64,000 nucleotides of DNA from a virus. The notes under the pieces were generated by a model. It saw only the letters and a list, made by a program, of their open reading frames with translations, had not been told where the DNA came from and did no database searches. The DNA is taken from IMG/VR virus record IMGVR_UViG_3300031963_000072, positions 1 to 64,000 of that record; one strand, written 5' to 3'. The position numbers were made by a program, and so were the translations under genes. Below are positions 53,547-63,259 of the stretch, piece by piece (positions within the stretch are counted from its first letter, which is position 1; each line of letters opens with the position of its first letter).

Positions 53547-56060
53547 TCACCCACACTTGGAATTTCCGCAGGATTTGCACGTTAAGCAACCTTCCTGATA
53601 GACGAGACCGTCTGTAGCTCCGCAAGACGAGCACTTCTTGTCGGAAGTAGACTTCGTTCCATCTGGGATATAGCTCTTAAGAACTCGAGCGATGACTCTT
53701 GAGAAGCTCTGCATGTCGCTGTGCTTGTCCTTCTGAAGCTGCTCAGTGACATACTGGACGGGAATACCGTGGCGGAGGGCCAGCGAAAGTGAACGCGTGA
53801 ATGCTCCGTGGAGTGGATTGGCGAAGAGCTCGACCACATCCTTGAAGACAACAACGTCATCATCACCGACAGGAATGGAGAGGTTGTATGTCGCCACACC
53901 ATCCTTCTTGCCGTTCTTGATGAGTGTTCCGTGCTTCGCCTTCTTCGGTACTTCAACGTGCGAGGAGAGGCCACAGAAGACTTCATAAGGCTTGTCATCC
54001 ATCATGCCGACGAGGACGAGATAACTTTCAGAACCTGACGTACCCTTCACGTTAATTCTGTGAATATCACACTGTAATTCCTTAGGCCTCTTTGGTGCGT
54101 GGTTTTCTGTGATGCCCGTGGGTTGTCCGTCAGCCTTCTTTTCTTCTGCCTTTGGAGCATCGGAAACAAGGACACCGGTGCGGCAACCGTCACGATACAC
54201 CGTGAAGCCCTTGCAACCTGATTCCCAAGCTGCCATGTAAACTTGGGCAACAGTCTCCTTGGTTGTGTCATTTGGAAGGTTGCAGGTCTTCGAGAGAGAG
54301 TGGCACACCCACTTCTGAGCAGCGGCCTGAAGCTTCACTGACATCTCCCAGTCGACATCGTTGGATGTAGCCTTCCAGTATGGAGACTCCTCGATCACAT
54401 CGCCCTTGCCTGTGACTTCCATCCACTTCTTATAGCCGTGGTGGTAGACCTTGTACTCCTGCCACTTGTCACCCAACTGGTCCACGAAGTCGACACGAGA
54501 ATCAACATCATTTGGATTGACCTTCTTCCTGCGTGTGTAGGAAACGAGGAATGCCGGTTCAATACCGCTGGTTGTCTGCGTGAGACACGAGACCGAACCT
54601 GCCGGGGCCGTTGTAGTGAGGGCGATGTTTCTGCGGCCGTGCTTCAGGTAATCTGAACGAAGCTCTGGATCTGCCGAGATCACCTTCTGAATGAACTCGT
54701 GCTCCGCCTCGAGCTTGTGGGAGAAGATAGGGAAGGCGCCACGTTCGGCGGCCATTCGAACGGAAGAGCGATAGGCATTCACCTCGAGAACCTTGTAGAT
54801 CTCCTCGGTCTTGTCCACCGATTCCTGAGAACCGTAGCGGATGTTGAGTGCTGCAAGAGCATCGCCCATGGCAGTAATGCCGAGGCCTGTACGGCGACCC
54901 TTCGAAGCTGCATCCTTGATCTTGCGCCACAGGGCGAGTTCTGCGTGCTTCACAGCTTCAGACTCCGGATCCGACTCAATCTTGGAGATAATGGTGTCCA
55001 CTGCCTCGAGTTCGAGGTCTACGAGGTCATCCATCAGCCTCTGAGCAACCTTTGCGGCCCGACCGAATGCCACGTAATCAAAAGTGGCACCTGCATCATA
55101 TGGGTTCTTCACGAACTTGGCGAGGTTGAGGAGGAGGAGACGGCAGGAATCGTAAGGTGAGAGAACGATCTCACCGCATGGGTTGGTGGAGACAGAGCCG
55201 TAACCGAGAGAAGCATATGCCTCTGTAGGTGTAGCCTTCTTGACCGTGTCCCAGAAGAGGAGACCTGGTTCAGCTGAGGTCCAGGCTGCATCGATGATCT
55301 GGTCCCAGACTTCCTTGGCCTTGACCACCTTAGTAACCCTGGCATCAGAAGGCGATGCATCGACTGGCCACCGAAGGGTGTATTCGGAATCGTCCTTGAC
55401 GGCCTGCATGAAGTCGTCTGTAAGGCGAATGGAGATGTTTGCACCGGTAACCTTCTTAAGGTCACGCTTGATGTTGATGAATGTCTCGATCTCGGGATGA
55501 TTAACGGAGACGGTCAACATGAGAGCGCCTCTGCGGCCGCCTTGAGCGACTTCACGGCAGGTATTGGAGAAACGCTCCATGAAGACACCGATGCCGTCTG
55601 TCGTACCAGCTGCGTTCGCAGTGTGCATGCCTCGCGGACGAATGGTGGAGATGTCAAAGCCAACGCCGCCGCGGCGCTTCATGATCTGAGCCTGCTCCTG
55701 ATCGGCAAAGAGAATGCCACCATACGAATCCTCAGGGGCTGCGATGACGAAGCAGTTGGAGAGAGACTGGATCTTGTAGGGATTGCCCATCGCGGACATG
55801 GGAGAACCCTGTGGAACGATCTCCCACTTCGACAGGTACTCGAAGATTTCTTCCTCGCTGAGCGGGTTTGGGTACTTCGCCTCGATGCGAGCGAACTCCT
55901 TGGCGAGACGCCTGTGCATGTCCGCCGGTGCCTTCTCGAGGAGAGAACCAGTTGAATCTCGCAGAGCATACTTGGAGAGAAACACAGAGGCAGCCAACTC
56001 GTCGCCTCCGAAATACTCCAACGAACTTGCGTAAGCTTCTTCCTGTGTGTACTTAATCAT
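53547..56060 (-). CDS. nrdJ: class II (B12-dependent) ribonucleotide reductase
   Basis: SNCF, GGVG, TNPCGE, APAGS, YRDG, C-terminal Cys motifs; no beta subunit seen. Confidence 0.92.
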   Translation of the reverse strand: MIKYTQEEAYASSLEYFGGDELAASVFLSKYALRDSTGSLLEKAPADMHRRLAKEFARIEAKYPNPLSEEEIFEYLSKWEIVPQGSPMSAMGNPYKIQSLSNCFVIAAPEDSYGGILFADQEQAQIMKRRGGVGFDISTIRPRGMHTANAAGTTDGIGVFMERFSNTCREVAQGGRRGALMLTVSVNHPEIETFINIKRDLKKVTGANISIRLTDDFMQAVKDDSEYTLRWPVDASPSDARVTKVVKAKEVWDQIIDAAWTSAEPGLLFWDTVKKATPTEAYASLGYGSVSTNPCGEIVLSPYDSCRLLLLNLAKFVKNPYDAGATFDYVAFGRAAKVAQRLMDDLVDLELEAVDTIISKIESDPESEAVKHAELALWRKIKDAASKGRRTGLGITAMGDALAALNIRYGSQESVDKTEEIYKVLEVNAYRSSVRMAAERGAFPIFSHKLEAEHEFIQKVISADPELRSDYLKHGRRNIALTTTAPAGSVSCLTQTTSGIEPAFLVSYTRRKKVNPNDVDSRVDFVDQLGDKWQEYKVYHHGYKKWMEVTGKGDVIEESPYWKATSNDVDWEMSVKLQAAAQKWVCHSLSKTCNLPNDTTKETVAQVYMAAWESGCKGFTVYRDGCRTGVLVSDAPKAEEKKADGQPTGITENHAPKRPKELQCDIHRINVKGTSGSESYLVLVGMMDDKPYEVFCGLSSHVEVPKKAKHGTLIKNGKKDGVATYNLSIPVGDDDVVVFKDVVELFANPLHGAFTRSLSLALRHGIPVQYVTEQLQKDKHSDMQSFSRVIARVLKSYIPDGTKSTSDKKCSSCGATDGLVYQEGCLTCKSCGNSKCG

Positions 56061-56142
56061 GTTTAAAAATGTCTCCAAATGACGGGTTTATAACTATTTC
56101 GTCGAGTCGATAATTGCACTCAAGTTTCAGAACTCAATTATA

Positions 56143-57555
56143 TCACACTTCGGACGCAGGTTTTCCAAAATCCTTCTTAAGTTCTTTCCACTTGGAAAGA
56201 ATTGCCTTCTTTTGTTCATCTTCCACTGCGATGCTGTTAACTTCGGGAGAATCAGACTCTCCTGTAATGTCAAATTTACTTCTTGCTGTATTGATCTTTA
56301 TAGGATAGACTAGACCATCTCTACCAGCTCTGTTCTTTGCAATGTATAGACGGCCCCACCCACCTGCCTTTTCGTGGGGGCGACGTGAAACAGATACGAT
56401 TACATCGCAGATCATTGCCTTGCCGTAAGCCTCAGACATGTTCGTCATGTCGATGACTTCACTGTTTGCACCGTCCTTGTTGGACTGAGATGCCGTCCAG
56501 ATGGGAACGCCGATTTCCATTGCCATACCACGCAATTCCTCATAGACGAGCTTGAGTTCATGACGAAGAGAGTCGAACTGTCGAGAAGACCTCATGATGT
56601 CTGCATAGTCAATGATGACGATGTCAGGCTTAAACCCTTTCAAATCCAATCGCTCGATGTGTGACTTCAAAGTATAAACTGAAGCAGTATTTGTTGGATA
56701 TTCCTTGATGAATAGTCTTCCAAGACGAGTCTCATCGTAATACTTTGCAACCTCGTCTTTTCTATCCATGACTTCGTTTGAATCGATGTCGCAGAGATTG
56801 GAGTCATAACGAATACCCACAGCTGTTTCAGATAGCTCGAACGTGTAGTGGAGAACGTTCTTTCCTTCACGGAGAGCATTGGCTCCAATCATCGTGAGCC
56901 AGTGTGACTTACCGGAACCGGAGGCGCCGACGACACAGAGAAGTTCACCCTTGCCACTGCCACCGTTGAGGATCTCCTTCTTGTCGAGTTCTGGTAGACG
57001 AGTTGGGATTGTGTCGCGCTTTAGCTTAGTGAAACGGGCATCCATCTCGTTGAAGAAGTCGTGACCGACAGAAGGAGCTGTACCAACCTGAACTGCCTTC
57101 TTAATCGTCTCGACGATGGACTCGTACTTGTTTGCCTGCATCTGGTCGACGGCAGATTCAAGAGCCTTCTTCAAGGCTTGTTTACGACAGAACTCAAGAG
57201 ACTTCTCCTTGACGTATTGGAGGTCTCCTGGATCTGGGTTTGCCTTCATGCGTTGAAGATAATCGATGATCTGATCTCTGAGAATGACATCGGTTCCCGA
57301 CTTCAAGTCGTCCTTGATGATAGTCACAAGGAGCTGAAGGGATGGGTAAACCTTGTATTTACGAGAATATGCGAAGTACCTGTCGGCCAGGAACTTGAGG
57401 TAATTAACCTCAAAGTAGGAGATGTCAACAACCTCCATCATCTGCTCAGAGAACTTGTTGTCAACAAGAAGTGCCTGACAAAGCTTTTCTTGAAAGGATT
57501 TTCCAAACTGACCAAAGGAAACTCCGTTAATCTTATTTTCGTTTTCTTGCATCAT
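56143..57555 (-). CDS. dnaB: replicative DNA helicase (DnaB/gp41 family)
   Basis: GASGSGKS, IDYAD, TASQ, KNRAG. Confidence 0.9.
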   Translation of the reverse strand: MMQENENKINGVSFGQFGKSFQEKLCQALLVDNKFSEQMMEVVDISYFEVNYLKFLADRYFAYSRKYKVYPSLQLLVTIIKDDLKSGTDVILRDQIIDYLQRMKANPDPGDLQYVKEKSLEFCRKQALKKALESAVDQMQANKYESIVETIKKAVQVGTAPSVGHDFFNEMDARFTKLKRDTIPTRLPELDKKEILNGGSGKGELLCVVGASGSGKSHWLTMIGANALREGKNVLHYTFELSETAVGIRYDSNLCDIDSNEVMDRKDEVAKYYDETRLGRLFIKEYPTNTASVYTLKSHIERLDLKGFKPDIVIIDYADIMRSSRQFDSLRHELKLVYEELRGMAMEIGVPIWTASQSNKDGANSEVIDMTNMSEAYGKAMICDVIVSVSRRPHEKAGGWGRLYIAKNRAGRDGLVYPIKINTARSKFDITGESDSPEVNSIAVEDEQKKAILSKWKELKKDFGKPASEV

Positions 57556-58520
57556 TTATTCTCCGAAGTGAACTTTAGACCGTCGACGCATGAGAGATCG
57601 TAAAAGAATCCCTCGTAGTCAAAATCGCTAATGCCTTCCTTCAGCAGGAGTTTGATGAGACCCATCTTATTTACTGTGGGCTTAAATGTATCCACAGCAT
57701 GTTCTACACGTTTCATCTGATCGCCTGACAACATACTTCCGTCCAGGTGGACTAGTTGCCAATTTCTAGTGACAACACTGGATTCTTCTATGACTCGCTT
57801 GTAAAGAATTCCCTTTTGAGTATGTGCGTAACTGATAAGATCTTGCAAAATAATGGTGTCTTCGCTGCCTAACATTGGAAATTTCTTTGCTACGCTCTTA
57901 AATCCAAGACCTTGAATGCCAGGTATGTTATCTGAGTCGTCACCACACAAACACTTCGCAAGTGCGAAGTTGTGTGCTCTGATTCGAAATTCTTCGAAAA
58001 GGTCTTCATCAGTGATGAACTTTTTTCTGTATAGTGAATAGATCTTCACTTTCGATCCCAACAGCTGATACATGTCTTTGTCTGCAGATATGACAACCAC
58101 GTTCTTTTCTCTAAAAGGACCACGAACGAGAAATGCAACTATGTCATCGCCCTCACAGTCAGAGACGTATACCTGACATACAGGCACGTTCTTGAGCATG
58201 CTGAGAAGACTTATGAGTTGATGCTGCTTGTTCTCCTCAGTATCGGGAATATCGTCGGCATAAAATCGATTAAGCTTACCTGGTTTTCTATTCGCTTTAT
58301 ATTCTGGGTATATCTTGCGACGTCTTTGAGATCCTCCGCCTTCCCAGGTGATGTACACGCTTCTTGGCTGATACTCTCTGCAAAGGCGCTGCAGAGACTT
58401 GAGGAATCCTACACAGCCTCCCATTTGATATCCGTGTGAAGACATTTGTGGGAAAGCTGAGTAGGATCGCAAAAACATGTTCATGCCGTCCACAATGAAA
58501 ATTGGTCTCTCGTCAGGCAT
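57552..58520 (-). CDS. 5'-3' exonuclease (second copy)
   Basis: VDGMN, YKANR, EGDD, SADKD, GDDSDNIPGIQGLG. Confidence 0.92.
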   Translation of the reverse strand: MPDERPIFIVDGMNMFLRSYSAFPQMSSHGYQMGGCVGFLKSLQRLCREYQPRSVYITWEGGGSQRRRKIYPEYKANRKPGKLNRFYADDIPDTEENKQHQLISLLSMLKNVPVCQVYVSDCEGDDIVAFLVRGPFREKNVVVISADKDMYQLLGSKVKIYSLYRKKFITDEDLFEEFRIRAHNFALAKCLCGDDSDNIPGIQGLGFKSVAKKFPMLGSEDTIILQDLISYAHTQKGILYKRVIEESSVVTRNWQLVHLDGSMLSGDQMKRVEHAVDTFKPTVNKMGLIKLLLKEGISDFDYEGFFYDLSCVDGLKFTSENK

Positions 58521-58552
58521 GACTCGATTCTACTTTCTCATTCACATGTTTT

Positions 58553-58912
58553 TCAAGCAATCGTGATATTGCCGTACCAGTGCTTTCCTACACCTTCGCC
58601 AATATCAAACAGCGCTTCAAGACGAATATTTCCATCTCCAAACATCTTTGTTCTATAAAGTCGAAACTGCTCAAAATTGGCGACTGCTTTGTGACAGCAA
58701 GAGTTAAACTCCTTGCTCTTGACAGGAGTTTGCTTATCACTGAGAAGTAGTAGTTCACATACTTTATGAGGAGCACAGACCTTGTATTCCAAGATCTTTG
58801 CAGATCCAAACTTAGCAAAGCAATGCTTCGTAAGTTCCCGTTTGCAAGTAAGAATGGCCTCGAGAAGACCGTTAAAGTCTTCCGAGACCTTCCACGTTAC
58901 TTCAGTGTCCAT
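58553..58912 (-). CDS. hypothetical protein
   Basis: ORF coupled to the actin-like gene. Confidence 0.6.
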   Translation of the reverse strand: MDTEVTWKVSEDFNGLLEAILTCKRELTKHCFAKFGSAKILEYKVCAPHKVCELLLLSDKQTPVKSKEFNSCCHKAVANFEQFRLYRTKMFGDGNIRLEALFDIGEGVGKHWYGNITIA

Positions 58913-59988
58913 CAGAGAATCTGCGATGCAATGAGGCAGCCACGTGCCACGGCATGAAGAGGATCGGACGCATGACGAACTTCCTTAACAGGCAGTGGGA
59001 AATTGTTCTCTCTCAACTTCTTCTCAAAGTGAGAAACGAACCCCTTGGCCTTCGTGGTGCCGCCTGCAACGACTACTGGTAGTGGGTCCTTAAACTTAGG
59101 AAGAGCCTTGTGACCGTCCATGGCAGCAGTTAGCTGCTTCGTGGTGTAGTCGATGAGGCGATCATAATAAGAAGACACTGCAGCAAGGACCTGATTGTCG
59201 CTTGGCTTTCCAATCGTGAAGTCGCCCTGTTCCTTCTCTGCCTGAACAACAGAATCAGTCTCACCGGTAGCAACAGCAGCCATGCGATCGACCCAGTCCC
59301 CAGACTTAGTTGTGGAGAACTTAACGATAGGCTCTCCGTTTAGAATGACACAAACGTTAACCATACCCGCGCCCCAAGACAAGGCAACACCGGTATAGTC
59401 ATCGTCCGCAAGCTCCGAGTAACATAACGCCTCTGCTTCATTGATCGCCCGAGCTTCATAACCACATTCTTCGAGGACCTTCTTGACAACGTCCTCATGG
59501 TAGCCAACATCAAAATCATCATCTTCCTGATCTACTGGTTGTGCTGGTACACAGAAGACGAGTTTCTCACCTTTCTTTGTGGCCTTCCCAGCAACTTCCT
59601 TAAGTATATACGAGAGAACACGACGTGCGTCTTTTTCCTTGGAAGAGACAACGCCTCTGTACATGGGACGCTTAGCAGAGTCATTACGCTCCACTGCTTT
59701 CTCAATTGCGTCTTTACCTAGGATGATGTAGGAGCCATCTGCATCTTTTACGAAAACTTTTCCAGCAAGGCCCTTTTCGATCATCTTAGAAGCGATCGGC
59801 GTAGTGGGCTTAATCACATAGAAAGCGTCTCTAAAATCTTTGTAATCAACAGTTCCGCCTTCACCTTCTGATGCGAGAACAATAAATGAAGTTCCAACGT
59901 CTAATCCTTTAGCCATGCGCTTTTTTATCCTTTCATCTGTAACAGGTGCCTTTTTAGTTAAAAAACCTGCTCCGAAACCCGTTGCCAT
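58912..59988 (-). CDS. actin-like ATPase (MreB/MamK/FtsA superfamily)
   Basis: Phosphate-1 GLDVGT, connect EAEA, phosphate-2 SWGAG, adenosine AGGT, DPLHAVARG. Confidence 0.85.
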   Translation of the reverse strand: MATGFGAGFLTKKAPVTDERIKKRMAKGLDVGTSFIVLASEGEGGTVDYKDFRDAFYVIKPTTPIASKMIEKGLAGKVFVKDADGSYIILGKDAIEKAVERNDSAKRPMYRGVVSSKEKDARRVLSYILKEVAGKATKKGEKLVFCVPAQPVDQEDDDFDVGYHEDVVKKVLEECGYEARAINEAEALCYSELADDDYTGVALSWGAGMVNVCVILNGEPIVKFSTTKSGDWVDRMAAVATGETDSVVQAEKEQGDFTIGKPSDNQVLAAVSSYYDRLIDYTTKQLTAAMDGHKALPKFKDPLPVVVAGGTTKAKGFVSHFEKKLRENNFPLPVKEVRHASDPLHAVARGCLIASQIL

Positions 59989-59989
59989 T

Positions 59990-60313
59990 TTAACTATCTT
60001 TCATCTTCTTGAGTTGCGCTAGTTTGCTAGCAGCAGAAGATATGTTGTCGCTAGTAGTTGAAACAACACCTAGCTGCTTCCCTTTTGACTCCATTCCATC
60101 TGTGGAAATGTCAGTAACATACTTGGAATCATCTATGGAAATTTTTGATTTTACAGGATTGTTTTGCTTTTGCTCTCTTGCGACCGAAGACACAAAAGAT
60201 GTGGTGCCGCCTAAGACAGGAGAATCATTCCGGGAGAATGATCTCTTAAAGGTGTCTAGCGAACCGGCTATGTACCCCAAAGCAAACGTAAGAATGAATA
60301 AAAAACTTTCCAT
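59990..60313 (-). CDS. small N-anchored membrane protein
   Basis: N-terminal TM helix, soluble tail. Confidence 0.65.
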   Translation of the reverse strand: MESFLFILTFALGYIAGSLDTFKRSFSRNDSPVLGGTTSFVSSVAREQKQNNPVKSKISIDDSKYVTDISTDGMESKGKQLGVVSTTSDNISSAASKLAQLKKMKDS

Positions 60314-60315
60314 TA

Positions 60316-60744
60316 TTACTTCCCTGTGCTACCAAAGCCGCCTTCTCCTCTTTCAGTGCTGCTAAGAGTTTCTACGTGCTTCATGTCTGCATGAACGACA
60401 GGCATAAAAACCAGTTGAGCGATCCTGTCTCCCTTCTTGACAGTATAACGCAGGGAGTTGTGGTTTATAAGAAGAACTTTAATTTCTCCCCTGTAGTCTG
60501 AATCAATAATACCGGGAGAATTAAGGACGGTCAATCCGTACTTAAGCGCAAGGCCCGACCTAGGACAAACCTGTGCTACATATCCTCGAGGTATTTCAAG
60601 GTGAAGTCCCGTTGAGACAGAAGCCCATTTGCCGGGTGGGAATGTGACTTCTTCGCTGGCGACAAGATCGCAACCGGCAGAACCAGGAGTTGCGTAGAGA
60701 GGTGGTACCTGGTTTCTATATCCAACAATAATACTTTCACTCAT
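60316..60744 (-). CDS. dut: trimeric dUTPase
   Basis: AGCDL, RSGLA, GIIDSDYRGE, RIAQ, RGEGGFGSTG. Confidence 0.95.
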   Translation of the reverse strand: MSESIIVGYRNQVPPLYATPGSAGCDLVASEEVTFPPGKWASVSTGLHLEIPRGYVAQVCPRSGLALKYGLTVLNSPGIIDSDYRGEIKVLLINHNSLRYTVKKGDRIAQLVFMPVVHADMKHVETLSSTERGEGGFGSTGK

Positions 60745-61918
60745 CAGACGTTATCTCCTCTTCGATAAGCTGTTCAATTGTACCTGGATTGATAGACAAG
60801 GCAGCATCAATGACAGCATCAACATACTTCTTGTACTTCTCATCCTTCATTACTTCACCGAAGTCTGCCTTATAGAACTTCTTGGTGATGAGGACCTCTC
60901 CCGTCTTCTCAGAAGAAACGATGAGTTCTTTCCATGCACCCTCTCCCGTGATAGAGACCTTGTTGTCTTCAAAGACGACTCCTCCATTTTCCTTGCAGTG
61001 AGTGCGCACTTCGTCGAAGATGTACTCGTGCTCCACGATTCCCTTGCCAAAGATGATGTCAAACTCGCACTTCTTGAAGGGAGGAGCAACCTTGTTCTTC
61101 TTAAGAGTGCAGATGACGTGAATACCGATGATGTTGCCGTCCTTGTCCTTCACGGGCATGCCGCTTGTGAGGGAGATACGAACAGAAGCGTGGAAAGGAA
61201 TCGCCTTGCCGCCTGGTGTGGTGGTGGGATCACCGTACATGACGCCAATCTTGTCGCGGATCTGGTTGATGCAGATGAGCGTCACGTTGTTCTGCCCAAT
61301 GACACCTGTGATCTTGCGCATGCCCTTGGAGATGACGCGCGCCTGAAGACCGATCGTGTTGTCCTCATACTCACCGTCGAGTTCGGCCTTGGGTGAAGTT
61401 GCGGCGACTGAGTCCCAGATGACGACGATGGGAACGTTCTTTTCAACGATCTGCTTCGCTTTTGTGATGGTTGACTCGATAATAGAGAACACCTCTTCTG
61501 TGCAGTGAGTGTCGACGTAGACGAATCTCTTACGTACATCGATGCCCATATCGGACAACTTTTGGACTGGGGTAGCATTCTCCGTGTCCACGTAGACGAC
61601 AAGCCCGCCCATCTTTTGGGCGACAGCCGCAGCATGGTAAGCTAAATGTGACTTACCGCTTGAGGGAGCACCGGAAATCTCAATAATTCTACCTTCAGGA
61701 TAGCCACCATCAGCAGCATTCCTAATGGCATAGTTGAGTTGAATTGAGCCCGTATCAATCCATCGCTTCACGATGGTAGGTGCATCCATCTCAGAGAGAT
61801 TGTAAGCGACGCGAGTTCCAAATTCTTTGTTAATTGACGTGATGAGATCTTTCATCATGTCATCAACTTCTGACTTCTTGGAAAGAGACTGTTCAGTATC
61901 TTTTTCTTTTTTTGCCAT
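60737..61918 (-). CDS. recA: RecA/UvsX recombinase
   Basis: GRIIEISG, SGKS, DSVAA, NQIR, TPGG, KNKVAPP. Confidence 0.93.
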   Translation of the reverse strand: MAKKEKDTEQSLSKKSEVDDMMKDLITSINKEFGTRVAYNLSEMDAPTIVKRWIDTGSIQLNYAIRNAADGGYPEGRIIEISGAPSSGKSHLAYHAAAVAQKMGGLVVYVDTENATPVQKLSDMGIDVRKRFVYVDTHCTEEVFSIIESTITKAKQIVEKNVPIVVIWDSVAATSPKAELDGEYEDNTIGLQARVISKGMRKITGVIGQNNVTLICINQIRDKIGVMYGDPTTTPGGKAIPFHASVRISLTSGMPVKDKDGNIIGIHVICTLKKNKVAPPFKKCEFDIIFGKGIVEHEYIFDEVRTHCKENGGVVFEDNKVSITGEGAWKELIVSSEKTGEVLITKKFYKADFGEVMKDEKYKKYVDAVIDAALSINPGTIEQLIEEEITSDE

Positions 61919-61938
61919 TTTAATACTCTCTAATAATA

Positions 61939-61965
61939 ATGGCGCCCAGTTTTCCTGGGCGCCAT
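61939..61965 (-). terminator. GC-rich hairpin between ssb and recA
   Basis: ATGGCGCCCAG...CTGGGCGCCAT; weak T-tail. Confidence 0.65.
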
Positions 61966-61974
61966 CTTAAGACA

Positions 61975-62814
61975 TCAATCTTCGCCAATTAAGTCTGCAA
62001 ATGCATCATCTAGAGACTGCTTTTTAGATTCAGTCTTCTCAGGCTTCTTTGAAGGAGACTTCTTGTCAGGAGACTGCTTGACTTCAGCTACCAAGCTTTC
62101 AAGCTCATCAACGGGTTCTGCGCCGCGAGTTGAGCCACCATCCTGGGCGGGTTCACTGCCGCCACCGTTGAGCCAGTTATTAAGTACAGCTTCAATCTCT
62201 TGCGTCGACTTAAGTCTGTACATGTCGTCAATATTGGGGATATTATCCAGCCACTTCTGTGCCGTGGATGAGTCACTGTGAAGTGGCGTCGACTTACGTG
62301 CAGGATCGACGGTCGTGTCATTGAACTGCTTGCCTGGTTGCTTCGAGATCGTCACCTTGAGATCGAAGCCTTCGGACGGAGAGAGGATGTCGCCAACCTC
62401 TTCGTCGAGGAAGAATCCAAGCATTCTCTGGTAAACAAGTTTACCAAAGCTCCAAATCTGGACGCCTTTGTCCTCCTCGCCACGAACAATTACAGGGGCA
62501 TAGCAACGCATCTTTGGAGCTAGCTTCTTGGCGAGTACTCGGTCATCCGGCTTTCCGCTGCTATAGAGCTTTCTGATAAGATCATCGATAGGGTCGGGCT
62601 TTCCAAATTGCTTTGGTGTCAAAATACCTGAATTATCACCAATGTAATAAAACCACCTCTCTGCAAAAGGCTGACCATCTGGTGTGTTCTTCCAAGGCAG
62701 ACAACGAACCTTGTGTTCACCGAGTCCTGGCTTCCACATCTGTACCGAAGAAGTCTTCTTGACACCGCTGAGTTCTGCCACACGACGCTTAATTGCTTCC
62801 AAATCGATTGCCAT
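61975..62814 (-). CDS. single-stranded DNA-binding protein (gp32-like)
   Basis: WKP, VRCLP, DPI, GFDL, acidic C-terminal tail; sits next to recA; start moved to MAIDL. Confidence 0.8.
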   Translation of the reverse strand: MAIDLEAIKRRVAELSGVKKTSSVQMWKPGLGEHKVRCLPWKNTPDGQPFAERWFYYIGDNSGILTPKQFGKPDPIDDLIRKLYSSGKPDDRVLAKKLAPKMRCYAPVIVRGEEDKGVQIWSFGKLVYQRMLGFFLDEEVGDILSPSEGFDLKVTISKQPGKQFNDTTVDPARKSTPLHSDSSTAQKWLDNIPNIDDMYRLKSTQEIEAVLNNWLNGGGSEPAQDGGSTRGAEPVDELESLVAEVKQSPDKKSPSKKPEKTESKKQSLDDAFADLIGED

Positions 62815-62949
62815 GATTATTCCTATTCCTTTTCCTCTATTCGCCTGCAGACAATAGCACCACACCACGTGGTGAACCATCGCCGTTATTTGAATCCTCA
62901 AACTAACACAAGGAGGATTGACTGTTCAAAATAGTTGTCACAATAGAGA

Positions 62950-63240
62950 TCACTTCCAACGAGCAAAGTTCTTCTTGCTCTTCTTGAGCTTCTGACCCGG
63001 CTTCGTTGGGTTTGCGCCCACGTCTGCCGAGGAAGCTCCAAGAGGCGCGGTGTAACCTGCGATATTGGCGACAACGTTCATCTCGTCCATCTCTTCCTTC
63101 TCCTCTTCCGAATCCTTATTCGCATCATTTTTTTTGCTATCTTGCTTCTTAGATCCCTTTGGAATCATCTGATTGGGTACGCGATAATCAGTCACCTCTG
63201 CGAGGACTGCTTCTATGTACTGTCTCAGTAAAGCGCTCAT
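62950..63240 (-). CDS. hypothetical protein (LLRQYIEAVLAE leader)
   Basis: IAGYTAPLG motif; ATACTTA upstream. Confidence 0.7.
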   Translation of the reverse strand: MSALLRQYIEAVLAEVTDYRVPNQMIPKGSKKQDSKKNDANKDSEEEKEEMDEMNVVANIAGYTAPLGASSADVGANPTKPGQKLKKSKKNFARWK

Positions 63241-63259
63241 GAGGATAAGTATTCAAGAG

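Noticed and set aside
8760-61635. Antisense ORFs within spoVR, prkA, dnaE, nrdJ, helicase and recA
   Set aside because: Expected by-products of strong codon bias in well-supported genes.
33444-61918. Inteins or introns in dnaE, nrdJ, helicase, recA
   Set aside because: Lengths and motif spacing are normal; no C/S...HN-C/S/T intein ends or frame breaks seen.
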